Counted from the stretch's first letter, positions 15,179-23,645 are shown. The stretch: 24,000 bases of DNA from Candidatus Moraniibacteriota bacterium (GCA_037137555.1 JBAXKA010000010.1:1051-25050); one strand, 5' to 3'. Program-made: numbers and translations. The notes: generated by a model from the sequence alone, not told the origin.

Positions 15179-15742
15179 CTACTTTAAGATTTTTTCCATC
15201 ATTTCATCTGTCTGTCTTTTTAATTCATCGGCCGTTCCATTATTGTTCAATTTAAATTCAGCATGTCTGCCAATTTCATGAATAGATAATTCTGTTAGCC
15301 GTCCTTCTTCTTCCATAAATTGTTCTAGCGTTGCTTCGTCTTCACCTTCTTTTTCTTTACGCATTTTCGTGCGTTCATAACGCAATCGCAAATCAGCTGT
15401 CACATAGACAAGATAAAAATTTTCTCGATATTTTTTTTGAAATGGCTCGACATCTCCATGCATCCTGATACCATCAGCCATTACTAAGTCCGCATCATTT
15501 TTTTCAATATCCCAAATCAATGAATCAATAATCACCGAAGGGCCATAACCTTCCTTAAGCACTAAGGCTAATTTAATTAAATTATCCCGTGTTACTGGTA
15601 AATGCAAATCTTCCAATGTTCGACGAAGAATTTTTGAAGTGCCAAAATGCACCGCTCCATATTTTTCCAATAAATAATCAGAGACCGTGCCTTTTCCCGC
15701 TCCTTTTTCGCCAATGAGTCCAATGACAATTTTTCTTTTCAT
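15179..15742 (-). CDS. P-loop nucleotide/nucleoside kinase-fold protein (dNMP kinase / CoaE-like)
   Basis: 187 aa. It has a Walker A (IGLIGEKGAGKGTV), then ADGIRMHGDVE (a DxR-type motif as in the adenylate-kinase-like clade) and a Glu/Lys-rich lid region. It starts 18 nt after the rplA stop. Confidence 0.7.
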   Translation of the reverse strand: MKRKIVIGLIGEKGAGKGTVSDYLLEKYGAVHFGTSKILRRTLEDLHLPVTRDNLIKLALVLKEGYGPSVIIDSLIWDIEKNDADLVMADGIRMHGDVEPFQKKYRENFYLVYVTADLRLRYERTKMRKEKEGEDEATLEQFMEEEGRLTELSIHEIGRHAEFKLNNNGTADELKRQTDEMMEKILK

Positions 15743-15760
15743 GTTTTTTTTAAAAATAAA

Positions 15761-16450
15761 CTAGATTGTAATTTTGAAACCAACGCCCATTGTTGAACAA
15801 AGAGCAATATTTCTGACTAGTTTTCCTTTGAGGCTGGCTGGTTTCATTTTTTCTACGCTATCCAAGAAAGCTTTAATATTTTCCAAAAGTTTTTCATCTG
15901 CAAAAGAAAGTTTTCCTACGACTTGATGAATATTGCCAGAGTTATCAGTTTTATAAGTAGCACGACCTTTTTTCAATGCATCAATAGTTTCTTTGACTTT
16001 CGTTGTGACTGTTTCTGTTTTTGGGTTTGGCATCAAGCCTTTTGGTCCCAAAATTTTTGCTACAACAGCAAGTTTTGGCATCATTTCCGGTGTCGCAACA
16101 AGCACATCAAAACCACCATCTTCTGAAAATATTTTTCCATTTTTAATTTTTTCAATCAATTCTTCTCCGCCAACAATTTCTGCACCAGCTTTTTTGGCAT
16201 CATCCGCGCTAGTTGAAGTTATAACAGCAATGCGTTTATTTTTTCCTGTACCATGTGGCAAAGAAACAGCGCTACGAATTTGTTGATCAGTTTTTTTCGG
16301 ATCAATTCCTGTTTTAATATGCACTTCAACAGATTCATCAAATTTAGCAATTTTATTATCTCGCACAAGTTGCAAAGCTTCTTCTAGTGAATAGCTTTTT
16401 TCTCTGTCCAATTTCTCCGTTACTGCTCGATATTTTTTTCCATGTGCCAT
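15761..16450 (-). CDS. rplA: 50S ribosomal protein L1
   Basis: 229 aa, MAHGKKYR...FDESVEVHIKTGIDPKKTDQQIR...LPHGTGK...KILGPKGLMPNPK. Confidence 0.97.
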   Translation of the reverse strand: MAHGKKYRAVTEKLDREKSYSLEEALQLVRDNKIAKFDESVEVHIKTGIDPKKTDQQIRSAVSLPHGTGKNKRIAVITSTSADDAKKAGAEIVGGEELIEKIKNGKIFSEDGGFDVLVATPEMMPKLAVVAKILGPKGLMPNPKTETVTTKVKETIDALKKGRATYKTDNSGNIHQVVGKLSFADEKLLENIKAFLDSVEKMKPASLKGKLVRNIALCSTMGVGFKITI

Positions 16451-16520
16451 ATGATTTTTTGTGGTATTTGCGATTTTTTAAATCTCCCACTAAATTAAAT
16501 ATTAAATAAACAAAAATTTA

Positions 16521-16946
16521 TTAACCTTCAATCTTAACTCCCATTGATCTTGCGGTTCCAGCAATAATTTTTTCCGCTGCTTCCACATCATTAGCATTTA
16601 AATCTGACATTTTCTTTTCTGCAATTTCTCGTAATTTTGCAGCTGTTATTTTTCCCACTTTATCTTTCAATGGATTGCCTGCCCCTTTCTCCACGCCGGC
16701 CGCTTTTCGCAAAAGATCGGATGCTGGAGGAGTTTTCAAAATAAAATCAAAACTACGATCTTCATAAATCGTAATCTCAGCTGGGATAATGTCGCCCATT
16801 TTATCTTTTGTCGCATCATTAAACTTAGCACAAAAATCACCAATATTAATTCCGTGTTGTCCAAGTGCTGGTCCAACTGGAGGAGCTGGATTGGCTTTTC
16901 CTGCTTGAACTTGTAACTTAACAACTGTTTTAATTTTCTTTGCCAT
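16521..16946 (-). CDS. rplK: 50S ribosomal protein L11
   Basis: 141 aa, [26 protein letters not shown]...FILKTPPAS. Confidence 0.97.
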   Translation of the reverse strand: MAKKIKTVVKLQVQAGKANPAPPVGPALGQHGINIGDFCAKFNDATKDKMGDIIPAEITIYEDRSFDFILKTPPASDLLRKAAGVEKGAGNPLKDKVGKITAAKLREIAEKKMSDLNANDVEAAEKIIAGTARSMGVKIEG

Positions 16947-16964
16947 ATTTGTAATACTATAAAA

Positions 16965-17510
16965 TTATAATTTATGAATTTGCAAGAAGTCCAACTCAAC
17001 TGGTGTCTCTCTACCAAAAATAGAAACCAAAACTTTCACGCGACCTTTTTCTTCATCTACCTCATTCACCTTTCCATCAAATTCCTTGAATGGTCCATCA
17101 GTAATCTTAACAATATCACCAACCATCACATCAATTTTGTATTTAGGCTCATCAACACCCATGCGTTTTTTGAGTATTTCAATTTCCTTTGGATCAACTG
17201 GCGTTGGTGTTGTGCCAAGACCAATAAAACCTGTTACATTTGGAGTATTTCTCACAACATACCAAGAAGCATCCGTTACAATCATATCAACAAGCACATA
17301 GCCCGGATAAATTCGTTCTTCAATGACCGTTCTCTTGCCAGCTTTGATCTTAATCTTCTTTTCAATCGGAACCATTACATCAAAAATAAATTCCTGCATG
17401 TCCATTGATTCGATTCTTTGTTTTAGATTACGCGATACATTGTCCTCATATCCAGAATAAGTATGTAGTACATACCAAGACCTTCCATGATGTTGTGATT
17501 GTTTTGCCAT
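16965..17510 (-). CDS. nusG: Transcription termination/antitermination factor NusG
   Basis: 181 aa. It has WYVLHTYSGYE (NGN domain) and a C-terminal KOW (GDIVKITDGPFKEFDGKVNEVD). Confidence 0.97.
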   Translation of the reverse strand: MAKQSQHHGRSWYVLHTYSGYEDNVSRNLKQRIESMDMQEFIFDVMVPIEKKIKIKAGKRTVIEERIYPGYVLVDMIVTDASWYVVRNTPNVTGFIGLGTTPTPVDPKEIEILKKRMGVDEPKYKIDVMVGDIVKITDGPFKEFDGKVNEVDEEKGRVKVLVSIFGRETPVELDFLQIHKL

Positions 17511-17546
17511 TGTTTTTAAAAATTAAAGCTACTAATTAAATATTAC

Positions 17547-17732
17547 TTATTTCAAAATAAATGTTTTTAAAAGATATTCAAAAATAAAATCCAAACCACC
17601 CAAGAAAAATGATAGCACCAAACTAATTGCAATTACTGTTGCCGTATAATTAACAGTTTGTTTTTTAGTTGGCCAATTAACTTTTTGTAGTTCTGATTTG
17701 GCTTCTTTCAAAAATTGGATGATTTTTTGCAT
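17547..17732 (-). CDS. secE: Preprotein translocase subunit SecE
   Basis: 61 aa, FLKEAKSELQKVNWPTKKQ followed by a single TM helix. It sits in the conserved position upstream of nusG. Confidence 0.85.
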   Translation of the reverse strand: MQKIIQFLKEAKSELQKVNWPTKKQTVNYTATVIAISLVLSFFLGGLDFIFEYLLKTFILK

Positions 17733-17753
17733 AACGATTTTTTAAGCTTTTTT

Positions 17754-17775
17754 AAAAGCCCTTCGGGGCTTTTTT
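17754..17775. terminator. Strong terminator-like hairpin just upstream of secE
   Basis: AAAAGCCC-UUCG-GGGCUUUUUU, flanked by an A-tract and a T-tract, so it could act on either strand. No annotated gene ends here. Confidence 0.5.
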
Positions 17776-18130
17776 ATAATGTGTATAGGATATATTATTT
17801 TTAATTTTTTGTCAATAGCGAGTCTTGTCCAATACAAGATAAAACTAAACGAACCACCCATTCCAATACAAAATGAGCCCGAAAGCCCATTTTGTAATAA
17901 AGCTAAGTGTCATTCATAATGGATTTATGAAGATCAATATGAATCACTGCTTGTTTGCGGAAGATAAAATTGATAAACTAAAATTAATCATAAATTAATC
18001 AATTAACTTAGTGAGTCTATTTTTGAAAACGACATTCCTTTAGTCTTATCTTAGATGATGTGATGCGACGGCTTGCACCGCTTCCCATAATTCGCTAGAC
18101 TAAAAATATTATTCATAAAAAAATAATTTT

Positions 18131-19183
18131 ATGTCATTAAAAATCGGGATTGTTGGTTTGCCTAATGTGGGAAAATCTACACTTTTTAAGGCACTTACAA
18201 AAAGTGCGGTTGATATCAATAATTATCCCTTTTGTACTGTTGAACCAAATATTGGTATTGTTAAAGTGCCAGATGAACGATTGGAAAAATTGGCTCACAT
18301 GTCTCATTCCAAAAAAATTGTTCCAGCTATTATTGAATTTGTTGATATTGCGGGACTTGTCAAGGGGGCTTCTGCTGGCGAAGGTTTGGGCAATAAGTTT
18401 CTAGCCAATATTCGTGAAGTAGATGCGATCATCCATGTTGTTCGTGTTTTTGAAAATGCTAATATTATCCATGTTCACGAAAAAGTTAATCCACTGAGCG
18501 ATATTGAAACAATTCACACGGAATTAATTTTAGCCGACATGACCACTGTCGACAAAACAGAATTTCGATTAAACAAAGAAGCGCGTGGAAATAATAAAGA
18601 TTCCGCCCTGAAATTAGAAACGGTTAGAAAAATAAAAGAAACACTAGAGGCTGGCTATCTTGCCAATACTTTAAAATTAGATTTAACGGATGATCTCACG
18701 AAAGAAATTATTCGCGAAATGTCACTGCTTACAATGAAGCCCTTTCTTTTTGTTTATAATGTAACCAATCCTGATGATGCACTTTCTCTAGAACTAGAAA
18801 AAAATCCGCATGTAAAATTAGACATTAAAATTGAAGAAGAATTATCAGAAATGGAATCAGCCGATATTTCCGCTCTTGAACTCAAAAAAAGAATTGATGA
18901 TTTAATTGTTGCATCATATAAGTTACTCAATTTAATTACTTTTCTCACCACAGGAGAAGATGAATCGCGTGCTTGGACAATTCAAAAAGGTTGGACGGCG
19001 CCACTGGCTGGAACCGCTATTCACACAGATTTTAAAGAAAAATTTATCCGCGCTGAAATTATTAATTGGCAAAAACTTTTGGATGCAGGATCTTGGTCAA
19101 AAGCTAAGGAACTTGGCACGCTACGACTCGAAGGCAAAGAATATATTGTCGCCGATGGTGATGTAATTGAATTTAAGATATAA
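18131..19183 (+). CDS. ychF: Ribosome-binding ATPase YchF
   Basis: 350 aa, [38 protein letters not shown], and a C-terminal TGS-like domain ([18 protein letters not shown]). Confidence 0.95.
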   Translation: MSLKIGIVGLPNVGKSTLFKALTKSAVDINNYPFCTVEPNIGIVKVPDERLEKLAHMSHSKKIVPAIIEFVDIAGLVKGASAGEGLGNKFLANIREVDAIIHVVRVFENANIIHVHEKVNPLSDIETIHTELILADMTTVDKTEFRLNKEARGNNKDSALKLETVRKIKETLEAGYLANTLKLDLTDDLTKEIIREMSLLTMKPFLFVYNVTNPDDALSLELEKNPHVKLDIKIEEELSEMESADISALELKKRIDDLIVASYKLLNLITFLTTGEDESRAWTIQKGWTAPLAGTAIHTDFKEKFIRAEIINWQKLLDAGSWSKAKELGTLRLEGKEYIVADGDVIEFKI

Positions 19184-19199
19184 TCAAAAAATAAATTCT

Positions 19200-20006
19200 A
19201 TGACAATTATCCACGCAATAATTTTTGGCATCATTCAAGGCCTAGGAGAATTTCTACCGATTTCTTCTTCGGCTCATTTAGTTATTTTTCCTTGGCTTTT
19301 TAATTTTCCCGATCCAGGATTAGCTTTTGATGTAGCGTTGCATTTTGGCACACTAATTGCTGTTGTGTTATTTTTTTGGCGTGATTGGATTAGGATTATT
19401 GCGTTAGCTTTTGGATTTTCTGAAAATATAAAAATAGCCACTGCCATAAGTTATCCCAAAAATACACTCTGGCTTTTAATCCTGGCGACAATTCCAGGAG
19501 CACTGGCTGGATTTCTCCTGGAAAAACAAGCAGAAACAATTTTCCGCTCGCCATGGCTTATTGCTGGCGCACTATTTTTTGCTGGTTTGGTTTTATATTT
19601 AGTGGATAAATTTGGCCAGAAAAATAAAAACTTTGAAAAAATTTCTTCCAAAAATGCTTTTTTAATTGGTATTTCTCAGGCCGTTGCAATCATTCCTGGC
19701 ATTTCTCGTTCTGGTGCAACTATTTCCACCGCACTTGCGCTTGGCTTTAATCGCATCAGTGCCGCTCGTTTTTCTTTTTTAATATCTGCGCCAATTATTT
19801 TTGGTGCAACGATCTTGAAATTTCCAGCGTTAATAAATAATTTCAACTTGATTGAATTTATTGCCATTTTTTCATCGGCTATTTCTGGTTTTCTGGCTAT
19901 TGCGGGACTTTTAAAATTCATTGAACGAGCTAGTTATGAAATCTTTTTTTGGTATCGCCTAATTTTTGCATTGATTATTATTGTGGTTTTTATTGCCAAG
20001 ATTTGA
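19200..20006 (+). CDS. uppP: Undecaprenyl-diphosphate phosphatase
   Basis: GIIQGLGEFLPISSSAHL and PGISRSGATIS motifs in a polytopic membrane protein. I prefer the ATG at 19200 (no overlap with ychF) to the track start at 19167. Confidence 0.9.
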   Translation: MTIIHAIIFGIIQGLGEFLPISSSAHLVIFPWLFNFPDPGLAFDVALHFGTLIAVVLFFWRDWIRIIALAFGFSENIKIATAISYPKNTLWLLILATIPGALAGFLLEKQAETIFRSPWLIAGALFFAGLVLYLVDKFGQKNKNFEKISSKNAFLIGISQAVAIIPGISRSGATISTALALGFNRISAARFSFLISAPIIFGATILKFPALINNFNLIEFIAIFSSAISGFLAIAGLLKFIERASYEIFFWYRLIFALIIIVVFIAKI

Positions 20007-20100
20007 CTAATCCCCGATTATCCTCTATGCTATAAAAACAATCTAGAAAGCCCCGAGTTCTCTCGCCTTATTGCAAATCACATAAGGATAAGAGGATACC

Positions 20101-20141
20101 AAACCGCACAGGGGCAATTCTTAGGCGGTTTTTGTTTTTTT
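20101..20141 (+). terminator. Terminator-like hairpin with long U-tract upstream of rpsF
   Basis: AAACCGC (20101-20107) pairs with GCGGUUU (20125-20131), followed by UUUUUGUUUUUUU. The unusually large 17-nt loop contains GGGGC. Confidence 0.5.
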
Positions 20142-20168
20142 AATTAATTTATTAGCACGAAAAAAATT

Positions 20169-20648
20169 ATGCGTTACGAACTATTTTATCTCGTAGGAGT
20201 TTCCAAGGAACTTGATCTCGAGAAAATCAAATCCGATGTGGACGAAATTGTTACTGTCCACTCTGGAGTTTTTGAAGAAAAAGCCACTCAAGAGAAAAGA
20301 AAAATGGCCTATAAAATCAAGAAGGATACTCATGGTATCTATATTGCTAAAAGATTTTCAACGGAAATGCCAGAAAATGTTCCGGAAATTATCAATAAGC
20401 TCAATTTGCATCCTGGAGTTTTACGCTTTATTATCAGCGATGCCACAGAATTACCAGAATTAAAAACAAAGGAGGAGCGACTTGAACAAGAAGAAAAACG
20501 CGGTGCCGTAGAAAAAATGCGCCAAGAAAAAAAAGAAGCGGAGGATCTTGAAAAAAACCCACCAAAAAAAGAAGCTACTAAAATTATTCCAAAAACTGAA
20601 GATGCCGTAGCTCTTAATAAAAAATTAGAAGAAATTTTAAATATCTAG
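20169..20648 (+). CDS. rpsF: 30S ribosomal protein S6 with Glu/Lys-rich C-terminal extension
   Basis: MRYELFYLV...EKRKMAYKIKKDTHGIYI is canonical bS6. About 55 additional charged residues follow. Confidence 0.93.
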   Translation: MRYELFYLVGVSKELDLEKIKSDVDEIVTVHSGVFEEKATQEKRKMAYKIKKDTHGIYIAKRFSTEMPENVPEIINKLNLHPGVLRFIISDATELPELKTKEERLEQEEKRGAVEKMRQEKKEAEDLEKNPPKKEATKIIPKTEDAVALNKKLEEILNI

Positions 20649-20718
20649 TTTTTCAATAAATTAACTGCCTTGCTATGTCTGCTAATTTAATTAGCAAGCA
20701 AGCGGTAAAAATAAAATT

Positions 20719-21198
20719 ATGAATATTAACAAAGCTATTCTCGTCGGAAGATTAACGCGAGATCCTGAAGTGAGAACAACAGCAACCGGACAAACTGTTG
20801 CCTCTATCTCACTTGCTACTAATCGATTTTGGAAAGATAAGAATGGACAAAAGCAAGATCAGACAGAATTTCATAATGTTGTGCTTTGGGGAAAACTCGG
20901 AGAAATCGCTGGACAATATCTAACAAAAGGACAAGAAGCTTATATTGAAGGTCGCCTAACTACTCGCAAATATACTGGAAAAGACGGAATTGAAAAACGC
21001 ACAACAGAAATTGTAGCAGAAAATATGCAATTAGGCTCAAGAGCTGGCCAAGGTGGAACGCCAACCGCATCATCAAGCTATAACAAACCAGCCCCTGCTC
21101 AATCACAAGATTCACAAACACAATCAGCCGAAGAAATTCCGACAATCAATCTTGACGAAGAAGAAGATGAAGTGCGAATTGAAGATGTGCCATTTTAG
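20719..21198 (+). CDS. ssb: Single-stranded DNA-binding protein
   Basis: MNINKAILVGRLTRDPEVR...TEFHNVVLWGKLGE (OB fold), a Gly/Gln/Ser-rich linker and the acidic tip EDVPF. Confidence 0.95.
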   Translation: MNINKAILVGRLTRDPEVRTTATGQTVASISLATNRFWKDKNGQKQDQTEFHNVVLWGKLGEIAGQYLTKGQEAYIEGRLTTRKYTGKDGIEKRTTEIVAENMQLGSRAGQGGTPTASSSYNKPAPAQSQDSQTQSAEEIPTINLDEEEDEVRIEDVPF

Positions 21199-21229
21199 TT
21201 TTAATCCCTAAATAATTTTAAATTAACCT

Positions 21230-21472
21230 ATGTATACTAATCGCAACGGCAATGAACCAAATCTGCCAGAAAAAAAACTTTGTCATTTTTGCCAAAACAG
21301 AATTGAAAAAATTGACTTTAAAGATGCCTATTTTGTTCGTCGTTTTATGAACTCTCAAGGAAAAATTTATCCACCAAAACGACATGGCACTTGTGCTAAG
21401 CATCAAAGAATGCTTACGAATGCCATTAAAAAATCTCGCGTTATGGCACTTGTGCCTTTTGTGGCAAGATAG
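21230..21472 (+). CDS. rpsR: 30S ribosomal protein S18
   Basis: IDFKDAYFVRRFMNSQGKIYPPKRHGTCAKHQRMLTNAIKKSRVMALVPF. Confidence 0.95.
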   Translation: MYTNRNGNEPNLPEKKLCHFCQNRIEKIDFKDAYFVRRFMNSQGKIYPPKRHGTCAKHQRMLTNAIKKSRVMALVPFVAR

Positions 21473-21497
21473 TTTTATTAAAAAATAAAAAATATTT

Positions 21498-22055
21498 ATG
21501 ATTGGAATTTCAGATATCAAGGTCGGAAAAAATATTATTCTCAATGGCCTGCCTTTTGTTGTGTTGTATCACGAACACTCAAAAACTGGTCGAGCAGGAT
21601 CGGTTCTGCGCACTCGCTTAAAAAATTTAACCACCGGAGCGGTTTTAGAAAAAACCTTTCAAGGAGCAGAGCATGTTGAAGAAGCTCAAATCACCAAATC
21701 AAAAGCCCAATTTCTCTATAAAGAAAATACTGATTATTGTTTTATGGACAATGAGTCTTATGAACAATTTTCACTCTCCACTGAAACACTAGGAGACAAT
21801 GTGAATTATTTAACTGAAGGTACGGAAGTTTTATTTCTTAATTTCGATGGCAATGCCATAAACATTGAATTGCCAATCAAAATGAAATTAAAAGTAACTG
21901 AAGCACCGCCAGGAATCAAGGGCAATACAGTTTCAACTGGAGGAAAAATGGTCACATTAGAAACTGGCAAAAAAATTTCCACTCCCCTTTTTGTGGAAGC
22001 TGGTGATGAAATTATTGTCAATACAGAAAAAGGTGAATATGTTAGTCGTGCTTAA
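21498..22055 (+). CDS. efp: Elongation factor P (Arg32-type loop)
   Basis: 185 aa with three-domain EF-P architecture. The loop reads HSKTGRAGSVLRTRLKNL, with Arg at the tip position (codon 21591-21593). Confidence 0.96.
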   Translation: MIGISDIKVGKNIILNGLPFVVLYHEHSKTGRAGSVLRTRLKNLTTGAVLEKTFQGAEHVEEAQITKSKAQFLYKENTDYCFMDNESYEQFSLSTETLGDNVNYLTEGTEVLFLNFDGNAINIELPIKMKLKVTEAPPGIKGNTVSTGGKMVTLETGKKISTPLFVEAGDEIIVNTEKGEYVSRA

Positions 22056-22093
22056 TTTCTTGCTATCATCTGAAAAAATGCTAGACTAGATTT

Positions 22094-22537
22094 ATGAGCA
22101 CACTAGCAATCAATAAAAAAGCTAATTTTGACTATTTCCTGGTTGATACATACGAGGCTGGTTTAGTTTTAAGTGGACAAGAAGTAAAATCAGCGCGCTC
22201 AGGACAAGTTAGTCTCAAGGAAAGTTTCGTAACCCTAAAAGGCAACGAACTCTATCTCACCAATGCCTATATCGCACCCTACAAACAAGCGGGCTTGAAA
22301 CAAATCAATGATCCGACTCGATCACGCAAGCTGTTGTTGCGAAAAGCTGAAATCCGTCAGTTGATTGGCAAAGTTCGCACAGAAGGCTTGACATTAGTGC
22401 CCATTAAGTTGTATACTAAAAAGCGATTATTGAAACTTTCTTTTGCTGTTGGAAAGGGAAAGAAAAAATTTGATAAACGAGAAGATATCGCCAAAAAAGA
22501 AGCTAACAGAAGCATCGAACGAGCCTTAAAAAAATAA
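22094..22537 (+). CDS. smpB: SsrA-binding protein SmpB
   Basis: NKKANFDYFL...YEAGLVLSGQEVKS...DPTRSRKLLLRKAEI. It lies immediately upstream of tmRNA. Confidence 0.96.
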   Translation: MSTLAINKKANFDYFLVDTYEAGLVLSGQEVKSARSGQVSLKESFVTLKGNELYLTNAYIAPYKQAGLKQINDPTRSRKLLLRKAEIRQLIGKVRTEGLTLVPIKLYTKKRLLKLSFAVGKGKKKFDKREDIAKKEANRSIERALKK

Positions 22538-22590
22538 TTAAAGTATCCATGTGCAACCACTTTTGCCACTAATATTTTAGTAGCATAATT

Positions 22591-23019
22591 GGGGATGCCT
22601 GGTTTCGACAAGTTGTACGTTTAAAATATGCAAGCCGAGTTTTTATAGTTACTCGTAAAACTACTATTAAAGTTATAAGTGCAAACTTACTAACAAAAGC
22701 AAGAACTGCAATTGCTAACGCTTTTACAGTCAACTTCGCTACCGCTCTTGCCTAATACCGGTCTTTATCGGTTAGGGCATTAGCCATCGAATTTACTTTC
22801 GCCTAAGAGGTAATATTCGGTGTCATATTTTTGGGCTAGCTTTCAATAATCTTTCTGGTTATTTTAAGTAAAAATATAATTCCAGAAATAAATTGAAAAG
22901 GTTTTGTTTGCTTTCCACTTTTCAATTGATCTGCCTTCGGCGGAAATTAAAGCAAAATACGCTTGTAGTATATTTTAGATGAATAATTTTGGACATGGGT
23001 TCAACTCCCATCATCTCCA
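22591..23019 (+). ncRNA. ssrA: tmRNA (SsrA), one-piece
   Basis: The 5' end GGGGAUGCCUGGUUUCGACA pairs with the 3' end CAUCUCC-A, giving a G3-U acceptor pair. The T-arm is AUGGG-UUCAACU-CCCAU. The candidate tag frame 22681-22755 reads ANLLTKARTAIANAFTVNFATALA*. CCA is not encoded. Confidence 0.92.
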
Positions 23020-23039
23020 CAAATGAATTAATAATTTAA

Positions 23040-23603
23040 ATTAAAACTATAAGAAGAACACCCTACAAAAAACCCGTCGTCCGAAAAGGTCCAATCACCA
23101 GAATCAACGATCAAATCAAGGTGCCGGAAGTGCGCGTTATTCGTGATTCAGATGGAGCACAGCTTGGTATTTTGCCAACCGCCACTGCCTTGGAATTAGC
23201 TCGCGAAGATGGCATAGATTTAGTGGAAATTGCACCACATGCCAAACCACCAGTTTGCAAGATAATGGATTTTGGGAAATTTCAATATCAAAAATCTCGC
23301 TTGGATCGTGTTAATAAATCTAGACAGAAAAAATCCGAAACAAAAGGCATTCGTCTCGGAGTTCGCACTGACACACATGACCTAGAATTTAAAAAGGCTC
23401 AGGCAGAGAAATTTTTGAAAAAAGGTGCTAAAGTAAAAGTAGAATTGACAATGCGTGGAAGAGAAAAAGCTCATCAAGATTTGGCTCGGGCTAATTTGAA
23501 AAATTTTCTCCATGAAATTGCTATCCCCTATAAAATCGAGCAAGAAATTAGACGCTACCCAGGAGGATTCAATGCTATTATCGCACCCGATGAAGAAGAA
23601 TAA
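23040..23603 (+). CDS. infC: Translation initiation factor IF-3 (AUU start)
   Basis: The frame is open from ATT at 23040, directly after an in-frame TAA. It reads (M)KTIRRTPYKKPVVRKGPITRINDQIKVPEVRVI..., restoring the conserved RIN-x-I-x-x-EVR N-terminus that the GTG at 23121 would cut off. ATA at 23049 is an alternative start. Confidence 0.88.
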   Translation: MKTIRRTPYKKPVVRKGPITRINDQIKVPEVRVIRDSDGAQLGILPTATALELAREDGIDLVEIAPHAKPPVCKIMDFGKFQYQKSRLDRVNKSRQKKSETKGIRLGVRTDTHDLEFKKAQAEKFLKKGAKVKVELTMRGREKAHQDLARANLKNFLHEIAIPYKIEQEIRRYPGGFNAIIAPDEEE

Positions 23604-23645
23604 TTATAAATAAATTAAGTAATCATAAAAAAATAATTTAAATTT

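Noticed and set aside
16451-16520. L1-binding autoregulatory site in the rplK-rplA spacer (contains GUGGGAG)
   Set aside because: I found only a short purine motif with no supporting helix. That is insufficient to call.
17779-17919. 46-aa plus-strand ORF (MCIGYIIFNFLSIASLVQYK...) and 23-aa minus-strand ORF at 18017-18088 in the secE-ychF gap
   Set aside because: Neither resembles L33 or any small protein I know. The first runs through a terminator-like hairpin. Both are short enough to arise by chance. The gap itself is listed as a finding instead.
19167-19199. Upstream start of uppP overlapping ychF by 17 nt
   Set aside because: The residues [11 protein letters not shown] add nothing conserved. 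ATG 19200 gives the usual UppP N-terminus just before the GEFLPISSSAH motif. The longer form cannot be excluded.
23121-23123. GTG start for infC as given in the ORF track
   Set aside because: It would delete the conserved N-terminal RIN-x-I-x-x-EVR segment, which is encoded in frame upstream. The AUU at 23040 fits known infC biology.
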